Shown here: positions 32,297 through 42,004 of the stretch, one piece after another
How positions within the stretch are numbered: position 1 is the first letter of the stretch
Layout of the letters: every line of letters starts with the position of its first letter
Source: Bacteroidales bacterium
Lineage (GTDB): Bacteria > Bacteroidota > Bacteroidia > Bacteroidales > UBA6680
Direction of reading: 5' to 3'
NCBI GenBank assembly: GCA_025210735.1
Contig: JAOARD010000032.1
Span: 5,345 to 69,344, forward strand
DNA length: 64,000 nt
The notes under the pieces: generated by a model
What the model was told of the DNA's origin: nothing
Databases searched by the model: none
The model's input: only the letters and a program-made list of their open reading frames with translations
Translations under genes and position numbers: made by a program

Positions 32297-32380
32297 GCTC
32301 GGATGGCGGAATTGGTAGACGCGCATGGTTGAGGGCCATGTGACCGTAAGGTTGTGCGGGTTCAAGTCCCGCTTCGAGCA
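32297..32380 (+). tRNA. tRNA-Leu(GAG)
   Basis: GCTCGGA acceptor, D-arm GGCGGAATTGGTAGACGCG, anticodon arm CATGG-TTGAGGG-CCATG, long variable arm, T-arm GCGGGTTCAAGTCCCGC; CCA not encoded. Confidence 0.96.
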
Positions 32381-32384
32381 CAAG

Positions 32385-32417
32385 AAAGGGATACGTCTGA
32401 AACGTATCCCTTCTTTT
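32385..32417. terminator. Terminator between tRNA-Leu and the convergent sigma gene
   Basis: AAGGGATACGT/ACGTATCCCTT stem followed by a T run. Confidence 0.8.
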
Positions 32418-32997
32418 ATATAAGTATTATCTCATCAGTTACACTGCGCAATGCATTACAACAGCATTTTGGCGTTATGGCAAATAGTTGACCATTATCT
32501 TCTTTATCTATATGACAACACTCTACAACCAGATCTTTTAACTTTTGTCTTCCTCTCAGTATTCTGCTTTTAGTTGCTACCAGACTTATGTCAAGATGTT
32601 GTGCTATAGTGTTTTGTCTTTCATTCTGTAGGTCGGCCATAATAAGTGGTTCTGCATATTTATTGGGTATAAGTTTACACAGAGGCATAATTATTGGTTC
32701 TGCATTTTTATAAAGATTAAATAGTGTTGCAGATTGTACTTCTACCTCTTCAAAAGAGAAACGGTTAACATCTTTTATATGGTCAATAGCAACATTGTGA
32801 GCACAACGTTTAAACCATGCTCTTATATTGTTTATTTCTGTTCCGCTGCAGCACGTCTTAATTATCTTTAGCAGAGTTTCGTGAAGTATATCATCAATAA
32901 CAGATTTATCCTTTACAATATAGTTCAGATGTTTTCTGATATCGTTTTGATGATTTAACCAATGTTCAAAAATTTCGCTGTAACTATAGAATACCAT
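32416..32997 (-). CDS. ECF sigma factor, SigZ-like (copy 1)
   Basis: DDILHETLLK, NIRAWF, SLVATKSRILRGRQKLK, ECCH and C-terminal CCC. Confidence 0.85.
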   Translation of the reverse strand: MVFYSYSEIFEHWLNHQNDIRKHLNYIVKDKSVIDDILHETLLKIIKTCCSGTEINNIRAWFKRCAHNVAIDHIKDVNRFSFEEVEVQSATLFNLYKNAEPIIMPLCKLIPNKYAEPLIMADLQNERQNTIAQHLDISLVATKSRILRGRQKLKDLVVECCHIDKEDNGQLFAITPKCCCNALRSVTDEIILI

Positions 32998-33212
32998 ATG
33001 TTGTTGTTTTTCTGGTGGTTCAAATTTATAATATATCTATTAAACTAAGTGTTATAACTTGTTAAATTTTTCTTAAATGTTTGTATATGTGATTAAAACA
33101 GGTGTAGAGGCAACAGAATATATTGCCTCTAATAATTAATAAGATGTTTATGTTCTATACTTCAGTTTTCTATATAAAAATTATGTTATGAGTACAGATG
33201 CATACATATTAA

Positions 33213-33800
33213 TTAACAACATGTACTACCTGAGTTGCCGCAACACGATACCTCTTCTTCAGACTCAATTGAGGTACAGTTTATACCACAACGTTGTCCG
33301 CAACACCATTTAATGTTATTATCAGAATCGGATGTTGAACATCTACTTCCGCATGGTTTTCCACAGCACGATTTTTTCTTTATCTCTTTTTTTACTCTGG
33401 TTGCTTTGGTTGCTTTTGCTGAACTTCCACATGATGATCCGCACGAGCTTCCGCACCCTGTTTTGGGCTGTAGATCTTTTGGTAATAGTTTTACAGCATC
33501 AGGATTGGCTTTAATGTTGTCAGCGTCGAATCCTGTTTGCGCAATAGCTTTTCTGATCTTGTTTGGAGTTGTTTTTTTTGCAGTGTATTTTACAACCACA
33601 ATAGCAGATTTAAACTCAAAGCTCTTTACTCCGCGTTCAACAGCAAGTGCTCTCTCAACAATATCTTGTGCTTTTTTACTCTTTGCTGTCGTCTTTATAG
33701 CTATAGAGCTAACATTTTTCTTAGCAAAAGTGATTGTTGGTACAGCAATAAATAGTAGTACTGTTACTACTAATAACTTAATAAAATTTAATGATCTCAT
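33213..33800 (-). CDS. Exported HMA-like domain protein with Cys-rich tail
   Basis: Signal peptide; ERALAVERGVK...Y...KT...IRKAI...GFDAD HMA pattern; 15 Cys in the C-terminal tail. Confidence 0.75.
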   Translation of the reverse strand: MRSLNFIKLLVVTVLLFIAVPTITFAKKNVSSIAIKTTAKSKKAQDIVERALAVERGVKSFEFKSAIVVVKYTAKKTTPNKIRKAIAQTGFDADNIKANPDAVKLLPKDLQPKTGCGSSCGSSCGSSAKATKATRVKKEIKKKSCCGKPCGSRCSTSDSDNNIKWCCGQRCGINCTSIESEEEVSCCGNSGSTCC

Positions 33801-33818
33801 TGTAATGTGTTTAATTTG

Positions 33819-35616
33819 TTATTTGATTTTGAATCGTAATCCGAATGATATTTTTGTACCCATAATCGGTCCCCAGACTCTTGTTGCATCAAAGCTTTTA
33901 GAGAAAGGATCGTTTGATGATATTATTGGGTTCTTTTGGGTGTAATTTGTAAGGTTTTCTCCTGCAAGGTATACATCAAGATGTTTAAATCGTCTTGTTA
34001 CTTGTGCATGAATTTGATAAAAAGCAGGTGAGTAGTCGCTATATTCAGCATCTTCAAGATGACTTAATTTTGATTTCCCGATAAACTGGTTTGTAATATC
34101 AAATTGCCATCTGGAGTATTTTGTAGCATATGATAGTGTAAGCAAACCTTTAAACTTTGCATTGTATAGTTTATCTTGTAGCTTTCCGTTGTATGTCTCT
34201 TTAATGTTGTTGTATCGTCCTGCAATTTTTATCTGAAGTCTTTTAAAAGGATCAAATGATACTGATGCCTGATAGTTATCGGCAAATGATCGTTCGTCTA
34301 ATGCATAAAACAGTACATTATCTGGATCAGACAACAGATCGGTAATTATTTTTGAGTTAAATTCTGTACGGTGATAATCAAATTCTATGGCTAACTTCTT
34401 ACCAAATATTGTAAGACTGTGTGATATACTTCCTCCAAAACTCCATGCCTCTTCCAGTATAATCTTTAAGACCAAAGAATGAGCTGTTTTCTGCATATGC
34501 GTAGTTTGTTTTTACACCAAATGTTACATCTTTTATCCATTTAATACGAAACATTTGATTAGAGAATAATTCGTAACGTTTGTTTATAATTCCTACACCA
34601 TAAAAGTTTGTTGTACCACGATCTCTATTCTTATCAAATTCCGATTCTCCACCGTAGTCATCTTTATATGTTAATCTATAACCAAATTGATGACGATATT
34701 TACCTTTGTTATCGTACTTAAATGTTTGTGTAATGTTTCCTGCTTTACCAGTTGGCATATCCAGAAATCCATCATTGTTGTTATCTATCTCACCAGAATG
34801 TAGCGATCCGTGAACAAACAACATAGAGTTCCATTTATCTGATATCTCAAATCCTTTATAGAGATTTATATCTGTAGACAGAAATGAATTCATATATAGG
34901 TTTGCAAAGAAATTCTCAGAGTTGTCCGGTTGTTTAAGAAACATTTGTACCTGACCAGTAATTCCTTCGTAACCACTAATAACAGAACCAATACCTTTTG
35001 ATATACTAACAGATTTAAGGTACGGACCAGGTACATGTAATCCTAGTGATGCACTTAAACCTCTTGCTACAGGTACTTCTTCAGATAGTATCTGTGTATA
35101 TACTCCCGCAAGTCCTAACATCTTTATCTCCTCGGTACCGGTAACAGCATCGGTATATGTTTTATCTACCGATAGTGTATTCTCAAATGTTGCTGCCAGA
35201 TGGCAACATGGTAATCTTTCAAGCGATGCAGATGTTAGTTTTTCTGTTTTCCGAGGTGTTAGTTTTGATATCTCCTCTGCTTTTCGACGGCTTGTAACAA
35301 CCACCTCTTCAATAGACATCATATCGTCTTTTAACTTTACTGTTCCGATATTGTTTCTGTTGGCAAAAACATATTTTGTTTGATATCCGATAAAACTGAA
35401 TATCAGTGTATCTGATTTTTCTGTTTTGTTGATTGTGAAATGACCATTATAAAGTGAGGTTGTACCAATTGTTGTACCTTTCCAGTATACATTAACAAAT
35501 GGTAATGGTTTGTCTGTTTTATCTACAATTTTACCCTCTATTTTTATTTGTGCAAACATATTGCCAGCAAATAGATACATGAAAATAATCTGTAATAGAA
35601 ATCCTTTTCTAATCAT
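33819..35616 (-). pseudogene. TonB-dependent receptor, out-of-frame with probable internal deletion
   Basis: N-terminal CarboxypepD-like domain and plug (LPCCHL, MLGLAGVY) in one frame; barrel C-terminus (EEAWSFG...GENLTNY...VWGP...GLRFKIK) in another; junction near 34455. Confidence 0.75.
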
Positions 35617-35655
35617 GTTTAACCCTTGTTTAAATTTTAGTTATTCTGACAACAG

Positions 35656-35681
35656 GACTTACATGACTAAAAAAGGATGCA
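35656..35681 (-). promoter_or_regulatory. Candidate ECF promoter TGCATCCT-N14-AGTC
   Basis: ~40 nt upstream of the TBDR start; same geometry as the motifs at 41137 and 42005. Confidence 0.45.
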
Positions 35682-35739
35682 AAAAAATATCATCTTTTTT
35701 ACAGGGCAGTAGGTAAGGGAATTGATAAAGGTGTGTTTT

Positions 35740-36051
35740 TTATGTTTGTTCCTGATTTATAACCGAAGCAAATAGCATTTTAATCCTGTTCCAGTTATCT
35801 CTGTTTATACAGTATTTTACATTCGGAGGATTTGTCTCTCCCTGAATTACACCTGCTTGTTTTAACTCTTTAAGATGCTGTGAGAATGTTGATTTTGCAA
35901 TAGGAAGGTTGTAGCACAAATCTCCGGCTCTGCAGCACTCTGTTCTGTTTAACAGATTCTGAACTATATATAATCTTGTAGGGTGTGATATTGCTTTTGC
36001 ATATTTGGCAATATCAATATGCTCTTTGGTTATTACTGGTGGTGTCTGCAT
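35740..36051 (-). CDS. ArsR/SmtB family regulator (second copy)
   Basis: AKAISHPTRL, ECCRAGDLC, STFSQHLKELKQAG, KYCIN. Confidence 0.9.
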   Translation of the reverse strand: MQTPPVITKEHIDIAKYAKAISHPTRLYIVQNLLNRTECCRAGDLCYNLPIAKSTFSQHLKELKQAGVIQGETNPPNVKYCINRDNWNRIKMLFASVINQEQT

Positions 36052-36062
36052 CTGTATATTGA

Positions 36063-36779
36063 TTACTTTATGAGTAGTGCTATACTAGCTATAATTGTTA
36101 TAACTATTGTAATGGCTTTGAATACCTTGTTAGGTATAATATTGTTAAGTATTTTTCCGATTAGTGAACCAAAAATAAGGATAGGAGCAAAGGACATTGA
36201 TAGTTTGACTGAGCTGTATGATATGAGGTCTGCATACCAATAACCTGTTATTGCAATTGTAGCTGTAATTACCGAGAATAGTGCAAATATATACCTGAAT
36301 TGAGCATTACTAATCTTAATTCTGTTAAGTAACAGTGCAAGAGCTGGTCCGCTTGCAGATATTATACCTGTTAAAAGACCGATAAAAGCACCGGCTGCAA
36401 ATCCTGTGTATCTGCTTATGTTTGTTGTATTACTTCTTTTTATTAATGATATAACAGATAGTATAATGAATACTATACCCATGAAACGAGTTAGTACAGT
36501 ATTGTCAATATATTTTAATATTATAACGCCTGCTACTGTAAATATGGAGGCAAATATTATTAGTGATTTAATTTCAGCTGTAATAATCTCTTTTTTTCGT
36601 TTTTCTATAATAATTATTAATGAAGAGATAAGGTTACAAAAGGTTATTACAGGAATAATATCTTTAGGTTGATACCAATGTATTAGAAACGGCATTGCAA
36701 TAATCCCGAATCCGAATCCTGTAACTCCTTTTAATAACCCCGCAAAAACTATAACTAATATACTCCAGGTAAAAGTCAT
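36063..36779 (-). CDS. TauE/SafE family sulfite exporter
   Basis: AGLLKGVTGFGFGIIAMP and GLLTGIISASGP repeats; multi-TM. Confidence 0.88.
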   Translation of the reverse strand: MTFTWSILVIVFAGLLKGVTGFGFGIIAMPFLIHWYQPKDIIPVITFCNLISSLIIIIEKRKKEIITAEIKSLIIFASIFTVAGVIILKYIDNTVLTRFMGIVFIILSVISLIKRSNTTNISRYTGFAAGAFIGLLTGIISASGPALALLLNRIKISNAQFRYIFALFSVITATIAITGYWYADLISYSSVKLSMSFAPILIFGSLIGKILNNIIPNKVFKAITIVITIIASIALLIK

Positions 36780-36788
36780 ATATTCAAT

Positions 36789-37127
36789 TTATATGCTTCG
36801 TTTTACTATTGGTAATCTGTGTTGTTGCCATCCGAGTATGCCCTCATACATAAGATACAGGTTTTTAAATCCTATATCGGCCATGTGGTTTACCAGTATC
36901 TCACTTCGGATATTTGTTGTACAGTATATAAGGTATGGCTTGGTTTTGTTGAATTGTTCAAGTTGTTTCTTTACGTTGTTTGCAAAAGCATCTATTACAA
37001 TAGCATTTGCAATATGCCCCTCTCTAAACATATCAATGTTTCTACCATCTATTATAGTCAGATTTGGCTCGTTTTGTATAAGATCATAAGCGTCTTTAAC
37101 TGTAATATCTTTTATTGTTTTGTTCAT
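36789..37127 (-). CDS. Rhodanese-like sulfurtransferase
   Basis: IIDGR...GHIANA, active-site YCTTNIRS, EGILGW. Confidence 0.9.
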   Translation of the reverse strand: MNKTIKDITVKDAYDLIQNEPNLTIIDGRNIDMFREGHIANAIVIDAFANNVKKQLEQFNKTKPYLIYCTTNIRSEILVNHMADIGFKNLYLMYEGILGWQQHRLPIVKRSI

Positions 37128-37142
37128 ACTATAGAGTGTTTG

Positions 37143-38324
37143 TTAATATTGTAATCCTCTTTTCATAACCTGTTTCAGATCATTCATGCTACTCTCTAAA
37201 TAATCTAGTGGTGAGGCTATATTCATTCGCATAAAACCGGCACCGTTTTTACCAAACCAATGTCCGGGAGCCATTGCCAGTTGTGCCTGATTAAAAAGAA
37301 TGTTGTTGAGTTGATTTTTATTTAAATCAAGTTCTCGGAAGTCTAACCACAGTTGATATGTACCCTGTGGTTTTATAAGTTTAATCTGCGGAATCTCTCT
37401 CTTAATAAAGGTATTTATCCACTCAATGTTCTTTTCCAGATACATGGTTAATTCATCTAACCACTCTTTACCTTTTGTATAAGCTGCAATTGTAGCATAG
37501 TTTGATATAACATTTCCGTGGTGAAGGAATAACGATTCAACCTTTGATTGTATTCTGCTGAATATAGATTCGTTGTGCGTATAGATGTATCCATTAGATA
37601 TACTGTGCATACCGAATGTTTTAGCAGGTGAGCCAAGTAGTGCTATATGATTTCTATTCTCAAGACTTAGTATGCTGTTAAATTTGTTGTTTCTGTATAT
37701 TATGTCTGAGTGAATCTTATCGCTTACAATCATTACATTAAACTCCTCTGCAATTTCAGACAGTTTTGTAAGCTCCTCCTTAGTCCATACTCTGCCTACC
37801 GGATTGTGAGGATTACACAGAATAATCATCTTTACATTCTCATTTGATAGTTTATTCTTCAGATCTTCAGTATCAAACCTGTATTCATTATCATTTAATG
37901 TCAGAGGATTGTTTATCAGACGTCGGTCTGTTTTTTTAATTATTGATGCAAACTGATGGTAAACCGGTGTTTGTATAAGAATACCATCTCCCGGATTTGT
38001 AAACTCTTGTATAATAACTGACAGAGCAGTTAATACTCCTGATATTTGTATAAACATATCGCTGTTCAGGTGCAGATTATGTCTTTCTCTGTACCAATCT
38101 GCAAGAGCTTTAAAAACATCATTATTGTTAAACTCATACGCAAATATTGCTCTGTCAGCAAGCCTCTTTATCTCATCAGATACAGCTTCAGGAACTTTAA
38201 AGTCCATATCGGCTAACCATAACGATTTAAGTTTATTGTTACCGAAGAGCTGTTTAAGAATTGCAGGATTATTTTTATAGAAACTTATGTTATCTGTATG
38301 ATTAACTGTATCAAATGAATTCAT
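37143..38324 (-). CDS. PatB/MalY family PLP-dependent C-S lyase
   Basis: WLADMDF, LCNPHNPVGRVW, SDKIHSD, SPAKTF, GTYQLWLDF, FMRMNIA. Confidence 0.9.
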   Translation of the reverse strand: MNSFDTVNHTDNISFYKNNPAILKQLFGNNKLKSLWLADMDFKVPEAVSDEIKRLADRAIFAYEFNNNDVFKALADWYRERHNLHLNSDMFIQISGVLTALSVIIQEFTNPGDGILIQTPVYHQFASIIKKTDRRLINNPLTLNDNEYRFDTEDLKNKLSNENVKMIILCNPHNPVGRVWTKEELTKLSEIAEEFNVMIVSDKIHSDIIYRNNKFNSILSLENRNHIALLGSPAKTFGMHSISNGYIYTHNESIFSRIQSKVESLFLHHGNVISNYATIAAYTKGKEWLDELTMYLEKNIEWINTFIKREIPQIKLIKPQGTYQLWLDFRELDLNKNQLNNILFNQAQLAMAPGHWFGKNGAGFMRMNIASPLDYLESSMNDLKQVMKRGLQY

Positions 38325-38338
38325 AATAGTATATTTTA

Positions 38339-39073
38339 TTATTTACCACATCCGGCTCCACATCCTGAAGATATAGCCTTTGTTGCTGCTGATACTATAT
38401 CTGAAACAGAGTTGGTTTTATCAAATACACCTGTTATCTGTCCTTGTGTATTTATAACAATAATAGTTGCCTTCTTAATGTTTGATATCTGAAGTGTATT
38501 TACCAGATTTTTCTCTTTTTCGCTCTCAGTATTTACAGATATAACAGATGTGTTTTTCAGTTTTTCGTGTGCACTATTTGCAAGTTTTGTAACGCTGTCT
38601 TTTTGAGTTGTTTTACTATTGTATACAACTATTATAGATACCTTTTTGCGGTTAATATTTCTGATTATCTCAGAGTATGTAGGTGTGGGTATACTATTAT
38701 TTAGATTATCTGCTGTAATTTGATTGGCAAGAACACCTTTTATAAGGTTACTATATTTGTCAACAATAAGAATAGCCGGTTTATCTATATTTCTTAAACC
38801 AAACTTCTTTACAAATGATTTATTCTCTTCTGATGTTATATCAAGCTCTATTACAGATATATTTTTGTTGCTGCTCAGAACACTATTTGCTTTTTTAAGA
38901 GCATTCTGTTTATCATCATTGTTCTTTTTATATGCAACAATTATTACTGTATTTCCTTTAGCCTGAGCTTCTGATATCTTTGTTATATTATCTGTTTTGT
39001 ACATACCTGCACAGTTTAAGTTTATAAATATTGCTATAACAAGCATTATAGTTGCTGAACTGAATTTTTTCAT
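38339..39073 (-). CDS. Exported protein with two probable thioredoxin-like folds lacking CxxC and a C-terminal CGAGCG
   Basis: Signal peptide; two repeated alpha/beta units (E.K.FV..F, EK.LV..L); Cys-containing tail. Confidence 0.55.
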   Translation of the reverse strand: MKKFSSATIMLVIAIFINLNCAGMYKTDNITKISEAQAKGNTVIIVAYKKNNDDKQNALKKANSVLSSNKNISVIELDITSEENKSFVKKFGLRNIDKPAILIVDKYSNLIKGVLANQITADNLNNSIPTPTYSEIIRNINRKKVSIIVVYNSKTTQKDSVTKLANSAHEKLKNTSVISVNTESEKEKNLVNTLQISNIKKATIIVINTQGQITGVFDKTNSVSDIVSAATKAISSGCGAGCGK

Positions 39074-39189
39074 ACGTTTATTTATCTTTTAATGATCTGA
39101 TGAAACTAGCATTTACAATCATGTTTATGTGTAAGGAGTTCATTGCAAATGCTTTGTTTAATTATAATATTGTTTTGTATCTGTGTTTT

Positions 39190-39855
39190 TTATTTGTTAG
39201 CACATATGAATATCTGTCCCAGAAAGGTGTTTTCGTTAAGGTAGAAATCTACGAACACATCTTTAAAGTTGTCCGGAACGGAGTTAAATGTAATTTTCTC
39301 TTTGAGAATCTTGTTTTGCCACAGTTGTATATTCGGATATTTACTAATAAAGTTATATCCGGTAAGTTCTTTTATAAGGTGTATTCTGTGTAGTACCGGA
39401 AGCCATGCTATATCAATAAGAGACAAACATGTACATTCGTGATATTTGTTGGTGTTCAGGTTTGATTCAATTAATTTTAGTGTTTTATCCAGCTTATCCT
39501 GATTCTCTTTTAACAGTTTTTTATTTGCACTTCGTTGTGTTATACACTGATCAATATATAGCTTGTTAGCTATATTACTCCACTCTTTTACCTGTTTGCT
39601 ATACGTGTATTTTAATCTGGTAATTGCAGTAGGATATGCTTTTTGTATATATGTAACAATGTTATCTACACCTGCTATATACTTTTTATCTTCTGTCTCT
39701 ATTACAGGTTCAATGTCGGGTGAGATATCACTGAACCATTCAGGAATATCATCCAGATCAATAAACTTTGACTCAAAAGGTATATCTATTGCCAGTAATA
39801 GGGCAGCTATTCTCTGATAACAGGGACATATTTTAAAGCTGATTAATTTTATCAT
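39190..39855 (-). CDS. Glutathione S-transferase family protein with CPYC motif
   Basis: SFKICPYCQR, PEWFSDISP, LSLIDIAWLP, YPNIQLW. Confidence 0.85.
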   Translation of the reverse strand: MIKLISFKICPCYQRIAALLLAIDIPFESKFIDLDDIPEWFSDISPDIEPVIETEDKKYIAGVDNIVTYIQKAYPTAITRLKYTYSKQVKEWSNIANKLYIDQCITQRSANKKLLKENQDKLDKTLKLIESNLNTNKYHECTCLSLIDIAWLPVLHRIHLIKELTGYNFISKYPNIQLWQNKILKEKITFNSVPDNFKDVFVDFYLNENTFLGQIFICANK

Positions 39856-39939
39856 TATATGTTTTGTGATTTACATCTGTAGATTATCCGGGCAACTTAC
39901 CTGTATATTTAACAGGTAAGTCCGGAATGTGGTTAATTG

Positions 39940-40110
39940 TTAATTACAGCATGAATTCTGAGATTTTTTGCTCTTATCATCCTGATCAAATTCTTCGATT
40001 TTAAAATCGCAACATCCTGATGAGGCTTTGCTCTTTTTTTCATCTTTTACCTCTTCAAACTGCACATTGCAGCATCCTGAGGCTTTTTTTGATTTTTTGA
40101 AAATTTTCAT
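39940..40110 (-). CDS. Unannotated 56-aa Cys-Cys repeat peptide
   Basis: MKIFKKSKKASGCCNVQFEEVKDEKKSKASSGCCDFKIEEFDQDDKSKKSQNSCCN; below the ORF-track cutoff, co-oriented with the cluster, AAACAG-ATG start. Confidence 0.8.
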   Translation of the reverse strand: MKIFKKSKKASGCCNVQFEEVKDEKKSKASSGCCDFKIEEFDQDDKSKKSQNSCCN

Positions 40111-40536
40111 CTGTTTATTTTTTCTTTTTAATGGTCAGATGGAACTCGCATTTATAATCATCCTCGTGTGTGTGAATGACCATTCTCATGCTCGTTTCAT
40201 CTGTTTATAATTGTTTTTTATTTGTCAGATAGAATTCGCATTAAGATTGTATTTGTTTACTTGCAAAGTTTTTCTTATGCTCGTTTTATCTGGCTATAAT
40301 TTATTTTTTAAGTTTTAAGAAAGAACTTACATGAGTAGGCTGTTTGATGTTCGAAAAGACTTTTACTCATGCTCGTTCATTTCTATGTGATTATATATTA
40401 TTGTATTAATGTTTTTTTATTCAGTAGATTGTAGATTTGCTTATCTGTTATAATTATTCTCAATTGCTCGATTGAACTTATACCTACAACCACATAAGTG
40501 TGTAAAGAAATACTTTACTCATGCTTCGTTTCATCT
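40111..40536 (-). repeat. Tandem array of four ~90-nt hairpin elements (copies F, G, H, I)
   Basis: Left-arm AAC triplets (GTT on +) at 40194, 40283, 40375 and 40528. Confidence 0.85.
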
Positions 40537-41012
40537 TTATTAGTTGTACAGCATGAGCTCTCTTTTTGAATGGTTATAGGCTCTTTTTTTGTAACTGTAG
40601 TGCAGCACTTATCTGTTGTTTGTGGAGTTTCAGCAGGCTTGTTATCCATAAAGAATGTTGATATTACTGCTATAACGCCTATCCATAACATTGATTTTGC
40701 AAGCCAGCCTGATCTCTTTTTCTTCGGATCGCAACAACTACTCTGTTCTTTCTGAGATTCAGTATCGCAGCAAGAACCTTTGTCTTTTTTAAGATATATG
40801 ATATAGAACCCATATATAAGTGCAACAACAGCTAATACTGTGAATAGTGTATGATACTCAGCAAAAAAGCTTAGCTGAGAAGCTCCTATACCAAACCATG
40901 CAAGAAAAGCTGCAATTAAAGGAAACCCGCAACAACTTATAATTCCTAAAAAGGCTAAAACTGATGATAGTAGTCCTACAAGCGATGATGTGACAACATT
41001 TTTTTTGTTCAT
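40515..41012 (-). CDS. MerT/MerC-like metal(loid) transport membrane protein with CC-rich loops
   Basis: GIISCCGFPLI in the first TM region; GSCCD, SSCCD, KCC and SCC motifs. Confidence 0.7.
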   Translation of the reverse strand: MNKKNVVTSSLVGLLSSVLAFLGIISCCGFPLIAAFLAWFGIGASQLSFFAEYHTLFTVLAVVALIYGFYIIYLKKDKGSCCDTESQKEQSSCCDPKKKRSGWLAKSMLWIGVIAVISTFFMDNKPAETPQTTDKCCTTVTKKEPITIQKESSCCTTNKDETKHE

Positions 41013-41136
41013 TTTTTACGAGATTTTAATTAATTATATGTTTGTTATTTCTTTTAAATACTACCTGAAACACTGTATGTTTGAAGGTATTGGCATTGCC
41101 AGTGATTATTCTTACATGCTGGTTTCTTATTAAGAA

Positions 41137-41162
41137 GTCGCAGATAGTGGTAAGAAGACACA
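41137..41162 (-). promoter_or_regulatory. Candidate ECF promoter TGTGTCTT-N14-CGAC
   Basis: Same boxes and spacing as 42005-42030. Confidence 0.55.
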
Positions 41163-41236
41163 TATTTCTCTGATAAAAATTACTATTGGTTACTATACTC
41201 AGTTATTCAGCAACTTCTGATAGTTGCAAATAAGGA

Positions 41237-41965
41237 TTAATTTAATCTGAAACTTATGCCGAGTATCATGTTTGCTGTCTTTGCATCCGGATTTAATGCA
41301 ATAATTGCCCATACGGGTATCTCAGCTTTCTCCATAACAGATATGTTGTTCTGTATTTTAATACCTGTGTTTACAATATTTGTATGTTTTGCATACATGC
41401 TGTTTCTGAATACGTTTAGTCCGGCAAAACAGTTTATTTCAGTTTTTTTAAACTTATATCTGTATTCTAACTCAGCATATGAAGAGTAACGCTGATTGCC
41501 GTTTATATCCAGATCTCTACCCCATAGCATTGTGCTCCATTTTATTGTGAGAGGTAATTTGTTGCCAAAATTATAAGAGAGTGTTGCGTCAATAAGATGA
41601 TTTGTTGACTCTCTTTTAAGATCAAAGTAGTTATATTTGTCAATCGATTCTCTGTCTCTTGAAGCATATAAATCCCATACAGACAGGCTTATGTTTTTTG
41701 TTATCTTGTAGCTCAGGTGCAGATCAAATTCGGAGTATTTGTTGTTAAATGCATATCCTCCCCATACACCAATATTTAACCTTTTAGAACTATATGTAAT
41801 ATCCGTCTCTATATTTGCAGAGTTATTAACCATTATACCACGCCAATAGTGTTTGGATGTAATTGTAGGGTTTACCTCTAATTTCGAATTGGTTTGTGCA
41901 TTTGTAGTGGCATATGATATAAATGTTATAGCAACTACTGTTAAGATGTGTTTTAGATTTTGCAT
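41237..41965 (-). CDS. Outer-membrane beta-barrel protein (TorF/Gcw_chp-like)
   Basis: Signal peptide, SKHYWRG, IGVWG..SEFDL, amphipathic strands, C-terminal LGISF. Confidence 0.65.
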   Translation of the reverse strand: MQNLKHILTVVAITFISYATTNAQTNSKLEVNPTITSKHYWRGIMVNNSANIETDITYSSKRLNIGVWGGYAFNNKYSEFDLHLSYKITKNISLSVWDLYASRDRESIDKYNYFDLKRESTNHLIDATLSYNFGNKLPLTIKWSTMLWGRDLDINGNQRYSSYAELEYRYKFKKTEINCFAGLNVFRNSMYAKHTNIVNTGIKIQNNISVMEKAEIPVWAIIALNPDAKTANMILGISFRLN

Positions 41966-42004
41966 CTGTTTTAATTTGTTAATTCAACACTGTTTTGGTA
42001 TGGT

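Noticed and set aside
33235-33945. 236-aa plus-strand ORF
   Set aside because: Antisense shadow of the HMA-like gene and the TBDR end; no independent family signal.
40108-40200. Selenocysteine read-through: copies A and F have in-frame TGA codons between the element's ATG and the downstream gene
   Set aside because: The frame relationship is not kept in copies B and E, the first TGA positions differ, and no sel genes or Cys-aligned context are visible.
40111-40536. CRISPR array
   Set aside because: The repeats are bipartite, diverged and dispersed singly elsewhere; no cas genes in the window.
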